Assembly: GCA_029556545.1 (NCBI GenBank)
Contig: JAKQEQ010000042.1
Span: 18,729 to 82,728 of the forward strand
Length of the DNA: 64,000 nucleotides
DNA from: Candidatus Hydrogenedentota bacterium
GTDB taxonomy: Bacteria > Hydrogenedentota > Hydrogenedentia > Hydrogenedentales > JAGMZX01
Direction: 5' to 3'
Shown here: piece by piece, positions 51,487 to 62,031 of the stretch
Layout of the letters: each line of letters starts with the position of its first letter
Position numbering within the stretch: position 1 is the first letter of the stretch
Made by a program: the position numbers and the translations under genes
The notes under the pieces: model-generated
Seen by the model: the letters and a program-made list of their open reading frames with translations, nothing else
Told to the model about the DNA's origin: nothing
The model's database searches: none

Positions 51487-53970
51487 CTACCTCTTTTCGT
51501 GATTGATCGGAACGGGAATCGCGATACCAAGCTGCACCGCGACAGGAGTGTAAATGTCTATCTCCTGCTCCGGCGTCTCAATAGAGACTATCAGGGAGTA
51601 CCGGCAGCGGCTGTCCCATCTTCGAAGGTGCTGTCGCTCGCGCCACCAGCCGGTGGTTGGATACACGGCGACCAGATTCGAAGTCGCCAACTCGGCTGCC
51701 GTGCCGTGCCAAATATCAGAGTGAATAGAACCTACGTTCCGTGCCTCCCCGATAAACCACTTGCCGCCCGGACCCACAGTGCCAGGGTGGCCTTCGTCAT
51801 CTTCCCATGCCTGACGGTTTACTCTCCGGACGAACTCATCCTTCGATTCCTGCGGCCCATTCAACGCGAAGCGGAGCGCATGCGACGCGTACCGGTAGCG
51901 ATTGCCCCATCCTACTTCGCCTGGCCCAGGTTCAACAAAATAGGAGAGTGTCACCCTCATCTCGACGGCACTCTCACCTAGAGAGGATAAGACCTCCGTG
52001 GGCCATGGCAAGTTGTATAGATGCATTTCATTCGTTACATACCGGCTGTCGCGCCTATCAAACGGTTGCAGTTCTGCCTGGGAAATCAACGTCAGCGAAC
52101 TTGCCAAGGAATACAAAGCACGTGGCAGGCTGGGCACACCGTACCCGCAAATCCGCAGGAGGTTCGCGATCTCCTGCTTGCTTGGATTGAGCTGCGGCAA
52201 GAACTGTTGCAGCATTGTCTGCGTCCAGCGTGCCGAGTGCACAAGGAGTCCGCGTACTGTTTCAGGCCAAGCTTCGGGGTATGCGATGTGAATCTGAGCG
52301 GCCATCCAGGCCGCCTGTGCAGCGGCAGCGCTCGTGGCGCTGAACGGCAAGAACTGAGCCGTTGACGGATCAGAACTGGTCGAAAGTAATTTCAAGTCTT
52401 CGGTATCGAATATGGAATTATTTGGACCGGCCGCGACGTTGCCACCTTCCAGAAGTATGTCGGGCTTGATTGGCCAGCGCCGCCGATCCCATGCGGCAGA
52501 AGTCGTGCTGAACGGTGAAAGCCCACCAGCGGGCGCGACGGCACTCCAAGAGATCATTGTGGGGTCAGTAATGCGTACCTTTTCCGTATACGCACCTGCC
52601 GTCAGGGCATTCCACGCCTGAGCCGGATCATGTACCTCTTCGGTCAGATTTGCATGCGGATAGTTGCGCCAACTGTTGGACTCCACAACATTTCCCGCAC
52701 TTACTATGATTAACCGTTTGCGATCGTCTTCATAGCCCGACGCAATAGAGTCAAGTTCTGCGGACCACGAGGAGGGGCGGCCCCGGTCAAGGTCCTCCGG
52801 TGAGGTCACCGCAAGACAGACAATTCTCCGACGCTGCGGTGCCTGGATTTCCGCGAGACTGATTCCTTGTGCTGTCCGATGCCCCCAAAGCTCTTTCGGG
52901 TTCTGTGCTGGCGGCGGCGGGAGTATTTTCGAGGATTCGAGTCGATGTGATACCCGAATGGCCGAAGTACTATTGAGAATCTGCAACAAGTCGCCGTATG
53001 CGGCCGTTCCCGCCATCAGCGTTCCGTGTCCATCATTGTCATGGATGCCCCACTGGCGAATCACGGCGTGCATGTCGCTTGCGTCGAGCACCGGTTGGAG
53101 CAGCACATGTCCGCTGTTCACGCCGCTGTCAAGGATACAGACTGCGATGTCGCCGTCCCCCTCGAATCGTGTTCTTTGCAGCAAGTCTTGAACCAGTTGT
53201 ACTTGATCCCGGCTCTCCATCTCGATGTAGTACGTGGCAACCTGCTTTGCAACGCGAAATTCAACAATAATGTCGGATCGTTCAATAAGGCTGGCCAGTT
53301 GCCCGCCGGTCGCCTTGATCAGTAATACGGAACGCTCAGGGAACGTCAATTGTCCCTCGGCCTGAGTAACCTCCAGCGATTCGAGCAACGCCCTGAATTG
53401 GGCAATTTCATCGCCGGATTCCGTACCAAGCCAGACCTCGATCCAATCGGCCGAAGAACCGGGTATCTGGTCCCGCTCTTCCGGACGCCAGAACGATTCC
53501 AGTACTGCGCGGCGAATGTCGGAAATGCTCCGGACGAGTTTGTCATGCTTTGGCTTCTTACGTTCTTCAGGCGGAAGGGCGTAGCCCTCCAGAATCTTAA
53601 GGAAATGCCTGCGTTTCTCATTCGGCACATAGACTGTTGCCAATGTGCGCGCTCCGTCCGGTCCCGGAACCTCGCGTACGTTGCATAGGCGGATCCCTGA
53701 ACGAAGACGTTCCAGACTCGTTACTCTGAGGTCGTATCCGGGTTCCCCTTCAAACTCGATATATGCGCCGCGACGGGTTGTTTGCACCACGGCGCGCGCG
53801 GCGTCTACCTCGTGCCACGTGGCATTCAGTCGGGACAACAGAAGTTCGCTGTGGCTGGCTTGATCACGCACAGGGATATTTGCGTCGCCGCCCCCGCGTC
53901 GCGGGTTGGTGAATCCCTGTGATTCTTCACGGCCCGATATGTCGAGGTGTTGGTAGAGAGGCCCCCCCAT
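51487..53970 (-). CDS. S8 subtilisin-like serine protease (IetS/Y4bN-type)
   Basis: ILDSG, GHGTLMAG, SAGN, DPAQAWNALTAGA, IKPDILLEGGN, ATSAAA, GYGVP. Confidence 0.9.
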   Translation of the reverse strand: MGGPLYQHLDISGREESQGFTNPRRGGGDANIPVRDQASHSELLLSRLNATWHEVDAARAVVQTTRRGAYIEFEGEPGYDLRVTSLERLRSGIRLCNVREVPGPDGARTLATVYVPNEKRRHFLKILEGYALPPEERKKPKHDKLVRSISDIRRAVLESFWRPEERDQIPGSSADWIEVWLGTESGDEIAQFRALLESLEVTQAEGQLTFPERSVLLIKATGGQLASLIERSDIIVEFRVAKQVATYYIEMESRDQVQLVQDLLQRTRFEGDGDIAVCILDSGVNSGHVLLQPVLDASDMHAVIRQWGIHDNDGHGTLMAGTAAYGDLLQILNSTSAIRVSHRLESSKILPPPPAQNPKELWGHRTAQGISLAEIQAPQRRRIVCLAVTSPEDLDRGRPSSWSAELDSIASGYEDDRKRLIIVSAGNVVESNSWRNYPHANLTEEVHDPAQAWNALTAGAYTEKVRITDPTMISWSAVAPAGGLSPFSTTSAAWDRRRWPIKPDILLEGGNVAAGPNNSIFDTEDLKLLSTSSDPSTAQFLPFSATSAAAAQAAWMAAQIHIAYPEAWPETVRGLLVHSARWTQTMLQQFLPQLNPSKQEIANLLRICGYGVPSLPRALYSLASSLTLISQAELQPFDRRDSRYVTNEMHLYNLPWPTEVLSSLGESAVEMRVTLSYFVEPGPGEVGWGNRYRYASHALRFALNGPQESKDEFVRRVNRQAWEDDEGHPGTVGPGGKWFIGEARNVGSIHSDIWHGTAAELATSNLVAVYPTTGWWRERQHLRRWDSRCRYSLIVSIETPEQEIDIYTPVAVQLGIAIPVPINHEKR

Positions 53971-53976
53971 CCTGCT

Positions 53977-54945
53977 TTACCCCCTTATCCCTTGATGGAC
54001 ACTCCGCCGTTCTGCCAGACTTTGCCGCAGAGCGCCGGCCGTCACCTTCGTCTTGTCCGCAAGAATGGCCCGCTTGATGGCGTCGCGGCAGGCGGTGTCG
54101 ATTTCGGCATGGCTGAGACGCGCGCTCTGGCGCAGCACCGCCGCCCACGCGAATTTGGGCGCGAGGAAGGTGCCCAACACGTTCTGCATGAGCCGTTTGC
54201 GGTCGGCTTCTTCCGGCAGTGCGTAGTACAACACATCGTCGAAACGGCGGTACAGCGCGCGGTCGAGCAGCTTCGGGCTGTTCGTCGCCGCCACGATCAG
54301 ACTGTCGGAACTGTCCTGCTCGATAAACTGTAGAAAGGCATTCAGCACCCGGCGCATCTCCGCCACATCGTTTTCCAGCATGCGTTCGCCACCGATGGCG
54401 TCGAACTCGTCGAAAAGGTAGACCCCCGGCTCCTGCTGAATCAGCTCGAAGATCTGGCGCAGCTTCGCGCTCGTCTCACCCATGAACTTCGTCACCAGCT
54501 TGTCCACCTGGACGGTGTGCAGCGGCAACCTTAGTTCATGCGCCAGCACCCGCGCCGTCATCGTCTTGCCCGTGCCCGGCGGCCCGACAAGCAGCACCTT
54601 GCGCCGGTGCGCCAGCCCGTGCAATTTCAGCTTCTGCTGTTGACGGTACTCATGAACGATGCGCTGCACCCGGTCGGACAACGACTCCGGAATCACCAGC
54701 GCAGAGCGCGGCGTGTCCGGTTCCTCGGAAAACACCAGCCCGCGCAAGTCCACCGGAAACTTCAATATCCGAGGGCCGCGCTCCCGCCGTGCCTTATCCA
54801 CGAGTTCCCGGATGTCAAGGGCCAGCGCCCCGTGGCCCTGTTGGGCCTCATGCGCCGCTACTTGCAGCGCAATCGTGTAAAACCGCTCCGCGTCGTCACT
54901 TAGGTGCGACCGAATCAGCGCCTTCAGTTGTTCCGCAGTGGCCAT
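53977..54945 (-). CDS. AAA+ ATPase (IetA-type) partner of the S8 protease
   Basis: MATAEQLKALIRSH, GPPGTGKT, FDEFDAIG, AATN, LDRALYRRFDD. Confidence 0.92.
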   Translation of the reverse strand: MATAEQLKALIRSHLSDDAERFYTIALQVAAHEAQQGHGALALDIRELVDKARRERGPRILKFPVDLRGLVFSEEPDTPRSALVIPESLSDRVQRIVHEYRQQQKLKLHGLAHRRKVLLVGPPGTGKTMTARVLAHELRLPLHTVQVDKLVTKFMGETSAKLRQIFELIQQEPGVYLFDEFDAIGGERMLENDVAEMRRVLNAFLQFIEQDSSDSLIVAATNSPKLLDRALYRRFDDVLYYALPEEADRKRLMQNVLGTFLAPKFAWAAVLRQSARLSHAEIDTACRDAIKRAILADKTKVTAGALRQSLAERRSVHQGIRG

Positions 54946-55055
54946 CGATAATCCCCGGCTGTGTCCCGCTTGATGTTACCTTCTTTCCGATTCTACATCA
55001 ACAATTCGCAACCTGAACCCCGATGTTCAAGCGGACCGGTGGTCCTGGCTTCTTG

Positions 55056-56261
55056 TCATACCGCAATCTCCCCGTTCATCAGGCGCGGCAGGAGTAGATC
55101 GCGCGCCGCGCGGAGACGTTCATTGTGCTGCTTGAGCACACGAATTTGAGCAAAGTGGAGGCTGGCCTGCTCGGAAAACTCCAGAGTGAAGCTGTGCGCG
55201 GGAATCACCACCTCGAATTCGCGAAACTTCCCTCGACTGACTTCGGGGTACGTGCTCCCGCTGCCCATGGAGCGGATTTCTTCAACCCGGTCGGAAAGAT
55301 GAAACACGAGGTACGGGGTCAAAACGGGTTCGTGGGGCACAACAGAAATGAAACCCTGGTTGGTGCAGACTTCGCGGCCCGCTATGCCAAAGAAGCCGAC
55401 GGAGGCGCGACTCGTCATGAGAATGGCATGGGGTTTGACAAGCTTTGCCGAACTATTCTGTAACCCCGCCTCTGTAATCTTCTTCTCGGCATCCAGAAGA
55501 ACGAAATGCTTATTCCTCGTTACATCAGTTGGTGTCACCCACGTGATTTCGCCGTCGTCCCAATAAGCAGCATTCGCAGTTGAAGGCGTGCCGCCCCCAA
55601 CGCAATCGGCCACATCACCTATTCGTTTCCGTTCCCAGCCTTGGGGGAGGCCGTTCGTGATGGGGGTGTGTTCGTGGCCGGGGAAGCGGAGGCGGACAAA
55701 CCATTCGCGGTAGAGTTGGCGGGCCGATTCTTCCAACAACGCCATCCGCCGCCGGTTGTTCTCGATCAGGTCGTCATACGCCGACAAGATGTCTGCAATG
55801 CGTTGCTGCACTTCGAGCGAAGGAAAGCTTATCTCGACTCCTGCGAGCTTTTCTCGTGGAAGATGCTTGATTGTTGCGCCGGTTAACAGAGGCGTAAAGC
55901 CCCCGAGCCTTCCCTTATGAAGCAGTGAATAGAACAGGAACCGGTAATCGAGGCAATCATGAGGACGAATGCGGTGAAGGGCTTTTTGGTACATTACTCC
56001 GGGCATAGGCTCTTTCCAAACTGCGCAACGTCCGGGTTCGCCGCCTTCACACAGGAGAATGTCGCCGCACTTCAACCCGTATCGCTCCATTTCATCTTGC
56101 TCGAACCGCATCTCGCGAAGGTTCTCAAGATCGAACTCGCCCCAGCGAACGTTGATATTTGCAAGATACGGAAGGGCTTCTCCCCTATTTTTCCTTTCGT
56201 CCAACATTTTACCCAAGCTAAAATCCGCAATCTCGGCCAAGGGCTTAGTCATCCACTTCAT
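55056..56261 (-). CDS. hsdS: Type I R-M specificity subunit
   Basis: Two TRDs separated by QQRIADILSAYDDLIENNRRR...FPG; C-terminal RDLLLPRLMNGEI. Confidence 0.93.
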   Translation of the reverse strand: MKWMTKPLAEIADFSLGKMLDERKNRGEALPYLANINVRWGEFDLENLREMRFEQDEMERYGLKCGDILLCEGGEPGRCAVWKEPMPGVMYQKALHRIRPHDCLDYRFLFYSLLHKGRLGGFTPLLTGATIKHLPREKLAGVEISFPSLEVQQRIADILSAYDDLIENNRRRMALLEESARQLYREWFVRLRFPGHEHTPITNGLPQGWERKRIGDVADCVGGGTPSTANAAYWDDGEITWVTPTDVTRNKHFVLLDAEKKITEAGLQNSSAKLVKPHAILMTSRASVGFFGIAGREVCTNQGFISVVPHEPVLTPYLVFHLSDRVEEIRSMGSGSTYPEVSRGKFREFEVVIPAHSFTLEFSEQASLHFAQIRVLKQHNERLRAARDLLLPRLMNGEIAV

Positions 56262-58378
56262 ATCCCCAACTCCTGGAAGTTGGCCTGGATTTTGGCGGCG
56301 AGATCGGCGGCTTCGGTGTTGAGGTCGGCGAGTTCGACGTGGATGCCGCGGAGGGTCTCCTCGAAGTCGAAGTCTTCGTCGTCTTCCTGGGGCGCGACGC
56401 CGACGTAGCGGCCGGGGGTGAGGCTCCAGTCGGCGGCGGCGATTTCGGCGCGGGTGACGAGCCGGACCAGACCGGGCACGGCTTCGAGGTCGGCCTTCGG
56501 GAAGCGGTCTTCGAGCCAGGCGACCTGCCGGTGGAAGTAGACGGTGCGCTTGAGTTGTTCGACGGCGTCCTTGCGCGTGTCGTCGAGTTGTTTGACGAGG
56601 CGGTTGGCGGCGCGGCGGTCGTAGCTGGATTCGAGGCCGGTTTCCACGACGAGGTTCGCGGCGTGGTCCGCCACGCGCGCGGTAAGCTTGAAGACGAGGT
56701 CCACCTGTTTGACGAGGCCGCGCAGGCGCTCCGCGACAGGCTCGAAGGCATGGCGCGCGGCATGCTGCGCGGCGTTCGATTTGGGCGGCTTCTTCCCGTA
56801 CTTCTTCACGAACGCGGCGCAGTCTTTGATCGCGCGCTTCCGGTCGGCGATATAGGCCGTCACGGCGTCAGACGATTCAAGGAGCGCGTCCAGGAACGGC
56901 TGTTTCGTCTCCGCGGGCACGTCCCAAACGTTATTGACGCTTATCGCCAGCGCGGCCAGTCGCATTCGGAGTTCGCCCAGCGCCTTCTCGAATGTGTCGA
57001 TCGCGCCGGGCACGGCGGCGCACTCTTCGCAGACGCGGCGGAAGTAGTCGGTCACGAGCGCGAGGAAGCGGTCGCGTTGGCCGCGGTAGAGCCAGACGAT
57101 GGCGGCGAGGTTGTGCAGTTGTTCGGGCGAGAAATCGTTGATCTTGCGGTTGACCTTGCGGAACACATTGCGCGCGTCGATCATGAGGACCGTATCGCGC
57201 CGTTCGGCGGGCTTGCCGCGGTCGAAGAACCAGAGTTCGCAGGGGACGGTGCGCGTATAGAAGAAATTCGAGCGGATCGAGACCATGACGTCCACGTCGC
57301 CGGTCTCGACCATCTTGCGGCGGACTTCCTTCTCGCCGTGGCCCGCGCTCGAAGCCTGAGACGACATGACGCAGCCGGCGCGGCCTTTCTCGTTCAGGTA
57401 GCTCCAGAAATACGAGAGCCAGAGGTAGTTGCCGTTCGAGACCTTCTTGGCCTTGTTCACGCCGGGCAGGCCGAAGGGCAGGCGCGGATCGCCCTGGATG
57501 CGCTCGGCATCGACCAGATCGACGTTGAACGGGGGATTGGCCATGACGAAGTCGCATTTGCCGTAGAGGCTGTGTTCGTCCTGGTAGTAGGTGATGGCCT
57601 CGGCAATCTGGCCTTCGAGGCCGTGTACGGCGAGGTTCATCTTGGCGATGCGGATGGTGTCGCGGTTCTTTTCCTGGCCGTAGAACACGACTTTCTTCGC
57701 CGTGTCGCCGCCGGCCTGCTCGATGAAGTGGCTCGATTGCACGAACATGCCGCCGGAGCCGCAGGCGGGGTCGAAAACGGTCCCGTGGTCCGGCTCGATG
57801 ACGTTGACGATGGTCTGCACGATCGAGGCGGGCGTGAAGAACTCGCCGTTGTCGTGGGCCTTCTGGATCGAGAACTTGGCGAGAAAGTATTCGTAGATGC
57901 GGCCGAACACGTCGCCCGTGGCGTTCTTGATGCGCTCGGTGTTGAAGGTGCGCATCAGGTTTTCGAGCACGGCGGGCTCGAAAATGCCGTAGTCCTTCGG
58001 GAGCACGTTCTTGAGCGGATCGAAGGCCGCCTCGATGGCCTCCATCGCGCCGGTCACCAGTTTGGGCAGGCCCGACTGGTCAGAGGTGGCCTTTTTCATG
58101 ATCGTGTCGTAATGCGCCGCCTCCGGCAGCCAAAGCGCGCGGCGCGAGATGTAGTCGGCGGGCTGCACCTTGCGTTTGGGCATCTTGCCGCTCGCCTGGT
58201 CCGCCTGAATCTGGCGCGTGGCGGCGTCGAACCGGTTGGCGGCGTGGCGCAGGAAGATAACGCCCAGCACGGGCATGAAATAGTCGCTCGAGGTGAGCTT
58301 CGAATTCGCGCGGAGGTTGTCCGCCGCCTCCCACAAGTCGGCTTCCAGCTTGTCGATGTCTCTGAAAACGTCCGGCAT
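56258..58378 (-). CDS. hsdM: Type I R-M methyltransferase subunit
   Basis: LWEAADNLR, GEFFTP, DPACGSGGM, ANPPFN, SLTPGRYVG. Confidence 0.96.
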   Translation of the reverse strand: MPDVFRDIDKLEADLWEAADNLRANSKLTSSDYFMPVLGVIFLRHAANRFDAATRQIQADQASGKMPKRKVQPADYISRRALWLPEAAHYDTIMKKATSDQSGLPKLVTGAMEAIEAAFDPLKNVLPKDYGIFEPAVLENLMRTFNTERIKNATGDVFGRIYEYFLAKFSIQKAHDNGEFFTPASIVQTIVNVIEPDHGTVFDPACGSGGMFVQSSHFIEQAGGDTAKKVVFYGQEKNRDTIRIAKMNLAVHGLEGQIAEAITYYQDEHSLYGKCDFVMANPPFNVDLVDAERIQGDPRLPFGLPGVNKAKKVSNGNYLWLSYFWSYLNEKGRAGCVMSSQASSAGHGEKEVRRKMVETGDVDVMVSIRSNFFYTRTVPCELWFFDRGKPAERRDTVLMIDARNVFRKVNRKINDFSPEQLHNLAAIVWLYRGQRDRFLALVTDYFRRVCEECAAVPGAIDTFEKALGELRMRLAALAISVNNVWDVPAETKQPFLDALLESSDAVTAYIADRKRAIKDCAAFVKKYGKKPPKSNAAQHAARHAFEPVAERLRGLVKQVDLVFKLTARVADHAANLVVETGLESSYDRRAANRLVKQLDDTRKDAVEQLKRTVYFHRQVAWLEDRFPKADLEAVPGLVRLVTRAEIAAADWSLTPGRYVGVAPQEDDEDFDFEETLRGIHVELADLNTEAADLAAKIQANFQELGI

Positions 58379-58559
58379 GCAATCTCCCCTCGGGCGGGCA
58401 CGCATCCTGGTCCAACCTGACCACGCAGGCATTCCGCCTGCCCGACACTTTCCATGGAAACCGGCTTCATTCTACTGCGCAACCGGCGACGGCGCAAGGG
58501 GCGCCCGCGGGCAACTTTCGACGCACGGCCTTTGTTACAGACAGCCCTCGCCGGGCACG

Positions 58560-60011
58560 CTACCGGCGCCCGTACGAACTCATGGTGACGGGCGAACTGG
58601 CGGTTGCCGTCTCTCTGGACATGCTGCGGGAAAGAGCGGCAAGCACCGCGGCTTCTTCCCATCGTCTCCTATGCTCGATAACGCGCGCCAGCGTTCTTAT
58701 CGCCGGCCTGACGTTCCTCCGGGTACGGCCATCCTTTCCTGGCCCATCACCGCCCTTCAGTCGGTCGAGGCACTTCTCAGCCTCGGCAAGTCTTCCCAAC
58801 TCCACCAGGATCAGGCCGCGGAGAAAGGTCGCATCGGGGGATTGGTCAAGGGGCGCATGCAGTTCACTGATCTGATCAAGGGCGCGCGCGTAGCTGCCGT
58901 CATGATACATCTTCTCCGTATTCACGAGGATCATGTAGTAGACAAAGCCAAGCAAGGCCCGCGCCCGCACTTGAGAATCAGGCATTGTGATCTGTTCCAT
59001 GTTGGCCAGCATCACATACCGCGAATATCGCTCCTGGTCCTTCCTTTGAAGCGCCAATCGGGCATGCAGCACCCGGGCCATGGCACAGTAGGGCCAAGTC
59101 CGCAGCGCTTTCCGGCACTTTGCCTCCGCGCGCGCAATCTTGAAAACTCGCGCGCGCTGAAGCAAACGACAACCGCGCAAGGCCAGGCGCTCCGCCTTCC
59201 TGTCCAGCGATGCCTCCAGATTGCCGGGGGCATCAAACGGCAGCGGTCCGAGGCCAAAGGAACTCATGATTTCTCGCGTGGCGTTGCGACTGAATTCCGC
59301 CCCCGCGGCAGGCGTTTCCAATGCTTTTCCAGCCAGTCTTTCCGCGTCGGCCATACCATGGCGTTTCAGGGCGTCAACTGCGCGTTGCGCCGCGCGGTGG
59401 TGTCCTGAAATTCCGTGGAGTGATTGTAGGTAGGTCTTCCATGCCGCAATTGCCGATTCGTTATTGCCGGCGCGTTCGTGAGCCATGGCTATAAGATAGC
59501 GGAGTTGGGGGGCTTTCGGTTTCAAGTCATTGGCAGCCCGTTCCGCAACCGCAATGGCTTCGTTCACGTTACCCAGCGCCAGCAGGATGGCGGCGTGGTC
59601 GTGATGAAAGTAGGCGTGTTTCGGGATACGCGCCAGCGCTCTCTTACAGGGAGCCAGGGCTTCGTTGGGTTTGCCAAGGCGCAATTGGCACCAGGCGATG
59701 TTGTTCCATGCTTCGCCGGAGTTCGGGTCTTTCGACAACTGAAGCTGCAAACACGCGATGGCTTTTTCATACTCGCCGAAGCGGATGAGTTCGAACCCGA
59801 GATAGCCAAGGTACTCAGCATCGTCCGGCGGCCGTTCAAGCGCCGCGAGCGTTATGTCTCTCGCGGTCTTGTAGAGGGGGTTTTCGACATCAATCGCCCC
59901 GTCAATGTAGATGTAATCCAGATCCTCAGGCCCCATCATTACGAGGAGCCGCGCCATGTCCACAAGTTCTTTCGGGGAGAGCGCTTCTGTCCCTTTGGTT
60001 CCTATCACCAC
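58560..60011 (-). CDS. TPR-repeat protein
   Basis: Several TPRs (AEYLGYLG, DPNSGEAWNNIAW, PDATFLRGLILVELG). Confidence 0.75.
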   Translation of the reverse strand: MVIGTKGTEALSPKELVDMARLLVMMGPEDLDYIYIDGAIDVENPLYKTARDITLAALERPPDDAEYLGYLGFELIRFGEYEKAIACLQLQLSKDPNSGEAWNNIAWCQLRLGKPNEALAPCKRALARIPKHAYFHHDHAAILLALGNVNEAIAVAERAANDLKPKAPQLRYLIAMAHERAGNNESAIAAWKTYLQSLHGISGHHRAAQRAVDALKRHGMADAERLAGKALETPAAGAEFSRNATREIMSSFGLGPLPFDAPGNLEASLDRKAERLALRGCRLLQRARVFKIARAEAKCRKALRTWPYCAMARVLHARLALQRKDQERYSRYVMLANMEQITMPDSQVRARALLGFVYYMILVNTEKMYHDGSYARALDQISELHAPLDQSPDATFLRGLILVELGRLAEAEKCLDRLKGGDGPGKDGRTRRNVRPAIRTLARVIEHRRRWEEAAVLAALSRSMSRETATASSPVTMSSYGRR

Positions 60012-60075
60012 GCCCCTTTCCGTTTTGCCCTGTTGTCGAGGGCAAATTCACCCTAGCGCTGCCGCACGCATGTTT

Positions 60076-61785
60076 TCAACGCGACGGCGCGCGGTCTCCA
60101 AACAATTTGCGGAGCGTGTCTCGTTTTTCCATCGCGGCGGCGTCTTCCGGGTCAATCGCTACCGCGCGTTCATAGCATCGCAGCGCCTCCCCCGCATTGC
60201 CCAAGCCGCACAAGGCATCGCCAAGGTTGACGCAGGCGTCGCAGAAGAACGGGTCCACGTCCAGCGCCTTCCGATAGCACTCGATGGCCTTCTTGAAATC
60301 CCGTTGCTGCTGGTGCAAGCCGCCCAGGGTGTTCCACGCGTCGCGGAACGTGTCGTCCAATTGGATGGCCTTCTGGGCCGCGGCGAAGGCGTCGGGCGTT
60401 CGGCCGAGGCGCTTGTGCGCGCAAGCGAGATTGTTCCAGGCGAGCGCGTTCTCCGGTTCACGGGTGAGGGCAGTTTTCAGGTCCTCGACCGCCTCCCGGG
60501 GTTGATTCAGGTTCAAATGACACAGGCTCCGGTTGATTCTTGCCGCCACATAGCCGGCATCCATTTCGACGGCTTGGTTCGCGATTTCGAGGGCCTCCTC
60601 GTAACGTTGCAGGTAGCACAGACTCGCGGCCCAGTCCTTCAGCCTTTCAGCGTTCACGGGAAGCGGCGGCGTGTCGGGAACGTCGATACCCGATTCGGCG
60701 GCGTGCTGCTCCAGCTCTCGTCGCAATACCGCGAATTCCTGATACCGGTCTTCGGGCGATTTTTGGAGGCATCGCCCCACAACAGGCCCGAGCGGATCGG
60801 GCAAGGGGGGAGGCGGCATGTCCCGGTGCAGGTTCGCGTAATCCTGTAACGTGTTTCCCTGAAACGGCAGGACGCCGCACGTCAGCATCTGGAACAAGAC
60901 CACTCCAAAGGAGTAGATATCACTGCGAACATCGGCATGCTTTGCGTCGCCAAACTGCTCGGGCGACATCCACGGCGGCGAACCGCAACACGAACCTTCC
61001 TTGGTGGCGATGACCGACAGGCTGCTTGGTCTTGGGACCGCCCCTGCGGCGGGCTCGGGCGGAACATCGCCATCAAGTGATTTCGCAAGTCCGAAATCCG
61101 TTATTTTCACGCGTCCCTCCGCGTCAATCATGATGTTGTCGGGCTTGACATCTCGGTGCACATCAATTCCGTGCGCGAGGGCAAATTCCATACCGCGGCA
61201 GAACTGAATACTCCACGGAATCACGCGAACCAGGGGCAACTGTTCCCCTTGAAGGTAATGCGTAAGGGTGTTACGGCCTTCCGGGTCCGGCCCGATGAAT
61301 TCCAGCACAAGACACAACCGCCCATCGGGTTTTCGGACCGTGTGGGCTCGGACGATGTGTGGATGGTGCCCCATACCGATCCAGAGTTCCGCTTCGCGCC
61401 GGAACACCGCCGCCACCCGTTTGTTCCATACCGACGGGTCCTGAAACGTCTTGATCGCGCGCTGCTGCCGGTCCCACCGGTCCCAGACCAGGTATACCAC
61501 TCCCATGCCCGATTTTCCCGGCCCACCGAAGACATTCAGGACTTCGTACCGGCCCCCTATCAGTGCGCCGGGCGCATACCGCGCGGGAGGAAGCAACGTT
61601 GCCGCGCCGTCGGACACCGCGGACGAGTCTTCTGAAGACTGCGCCCAGAACTGTGAGTCGCGCTGAACAACCCGCTCGGCTGAAGATGCCATGGTCGATG
61701 CGACCACAGTATTCGTGGCTTGCGGCGGCGCCTTGTGTCCGGCGTGGGCGCGTCGTCGGAACATGTCTGCAAGTCGCTTCAGCAT
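60076..61785 (-). CDS. Hanks-type Ser/Thr kinase with C-terminal TPRs
   Basis: SGMGVVY, AIKT, HRDVKPDN, ITDFGLAK, PWMSPEQ, SDIYSFG; TPR motifs AWNNLA and AWNTLG. Confidence 0.93.
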   Translation of the reverse strand: MLKRLADMFRRRAHAGHKAPPQATNTVVASTMASSAERVVQRDSQFWAQSSEDSSAVSDGAATLLPPARYAPGALIGGRYEVLNVFGGPGKSGMGVVYLVWDRWDRQQRAIKTFQDPSVWNKRVAAVFRREAELWIGMGHHPHIVRAHTVRKPDGRLCLVLEFIGPDPEGRNTLTHYLQGEQLPLVRVIPWSIQFCRGMEFALAHGIDVHRDVKPDNIMIDAEGRVKITDFGLAKSLDGDVPPEPAAGAVPRPSSLSVIATKEGSCCGSPPWMSPEQFGDAKHADVRSDIYSFGVVLFQMLTCGVLPFQGNTLQDYANLHRDMPPPPLPDPLGPVVGRCLQKSPEDRYQEFAVLRRELEQHAAESGIDVPDTPPLPVNAERLKDWAASLCYLQRYEEALEIANQAVEMDAGYVAARINRSLCHLNLNQPREAVEDLKTALTREPENALAWNNLACAHKRLGRTPDAFAAAQKAIQLDDTFRDAWNTLGGLHQQQRDFKKAIECYRKALDVDPFFCDACVNLGDALCGLGNAGEALRCYERAVAIDPEDAAAMEKRDTLRKLFGDRAPSR

Positions 61786-62031
61786 AGTGGCTCTGCCTCA
61801 CGGATACTGGCTGTCGCTCCCCTCGGGCCCCGCTCTGAACCCATATTCTAACAGAAGACGCTTGACCGGCTTCTCCGCCCGCTTGACGCTCGGCAAGGGG
61901 CCGCGAACACGTTGAGAACTACCGCTGAATGCAATTGAATTGCCGGAGACATCGGTAACGGGAATTGCCAGAGTCGCCTAAGCGAAACTTCGACTGGTAC
62001 GTTGCGACGGCACCCCTGCCTCACGTGTCTC

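Noticed and set aside
50986-51981. 331-aa plus-strand ORF
   Set aside because: Antisense to the S8 3' end and the hsdR remnants; no motifs or RBS support.
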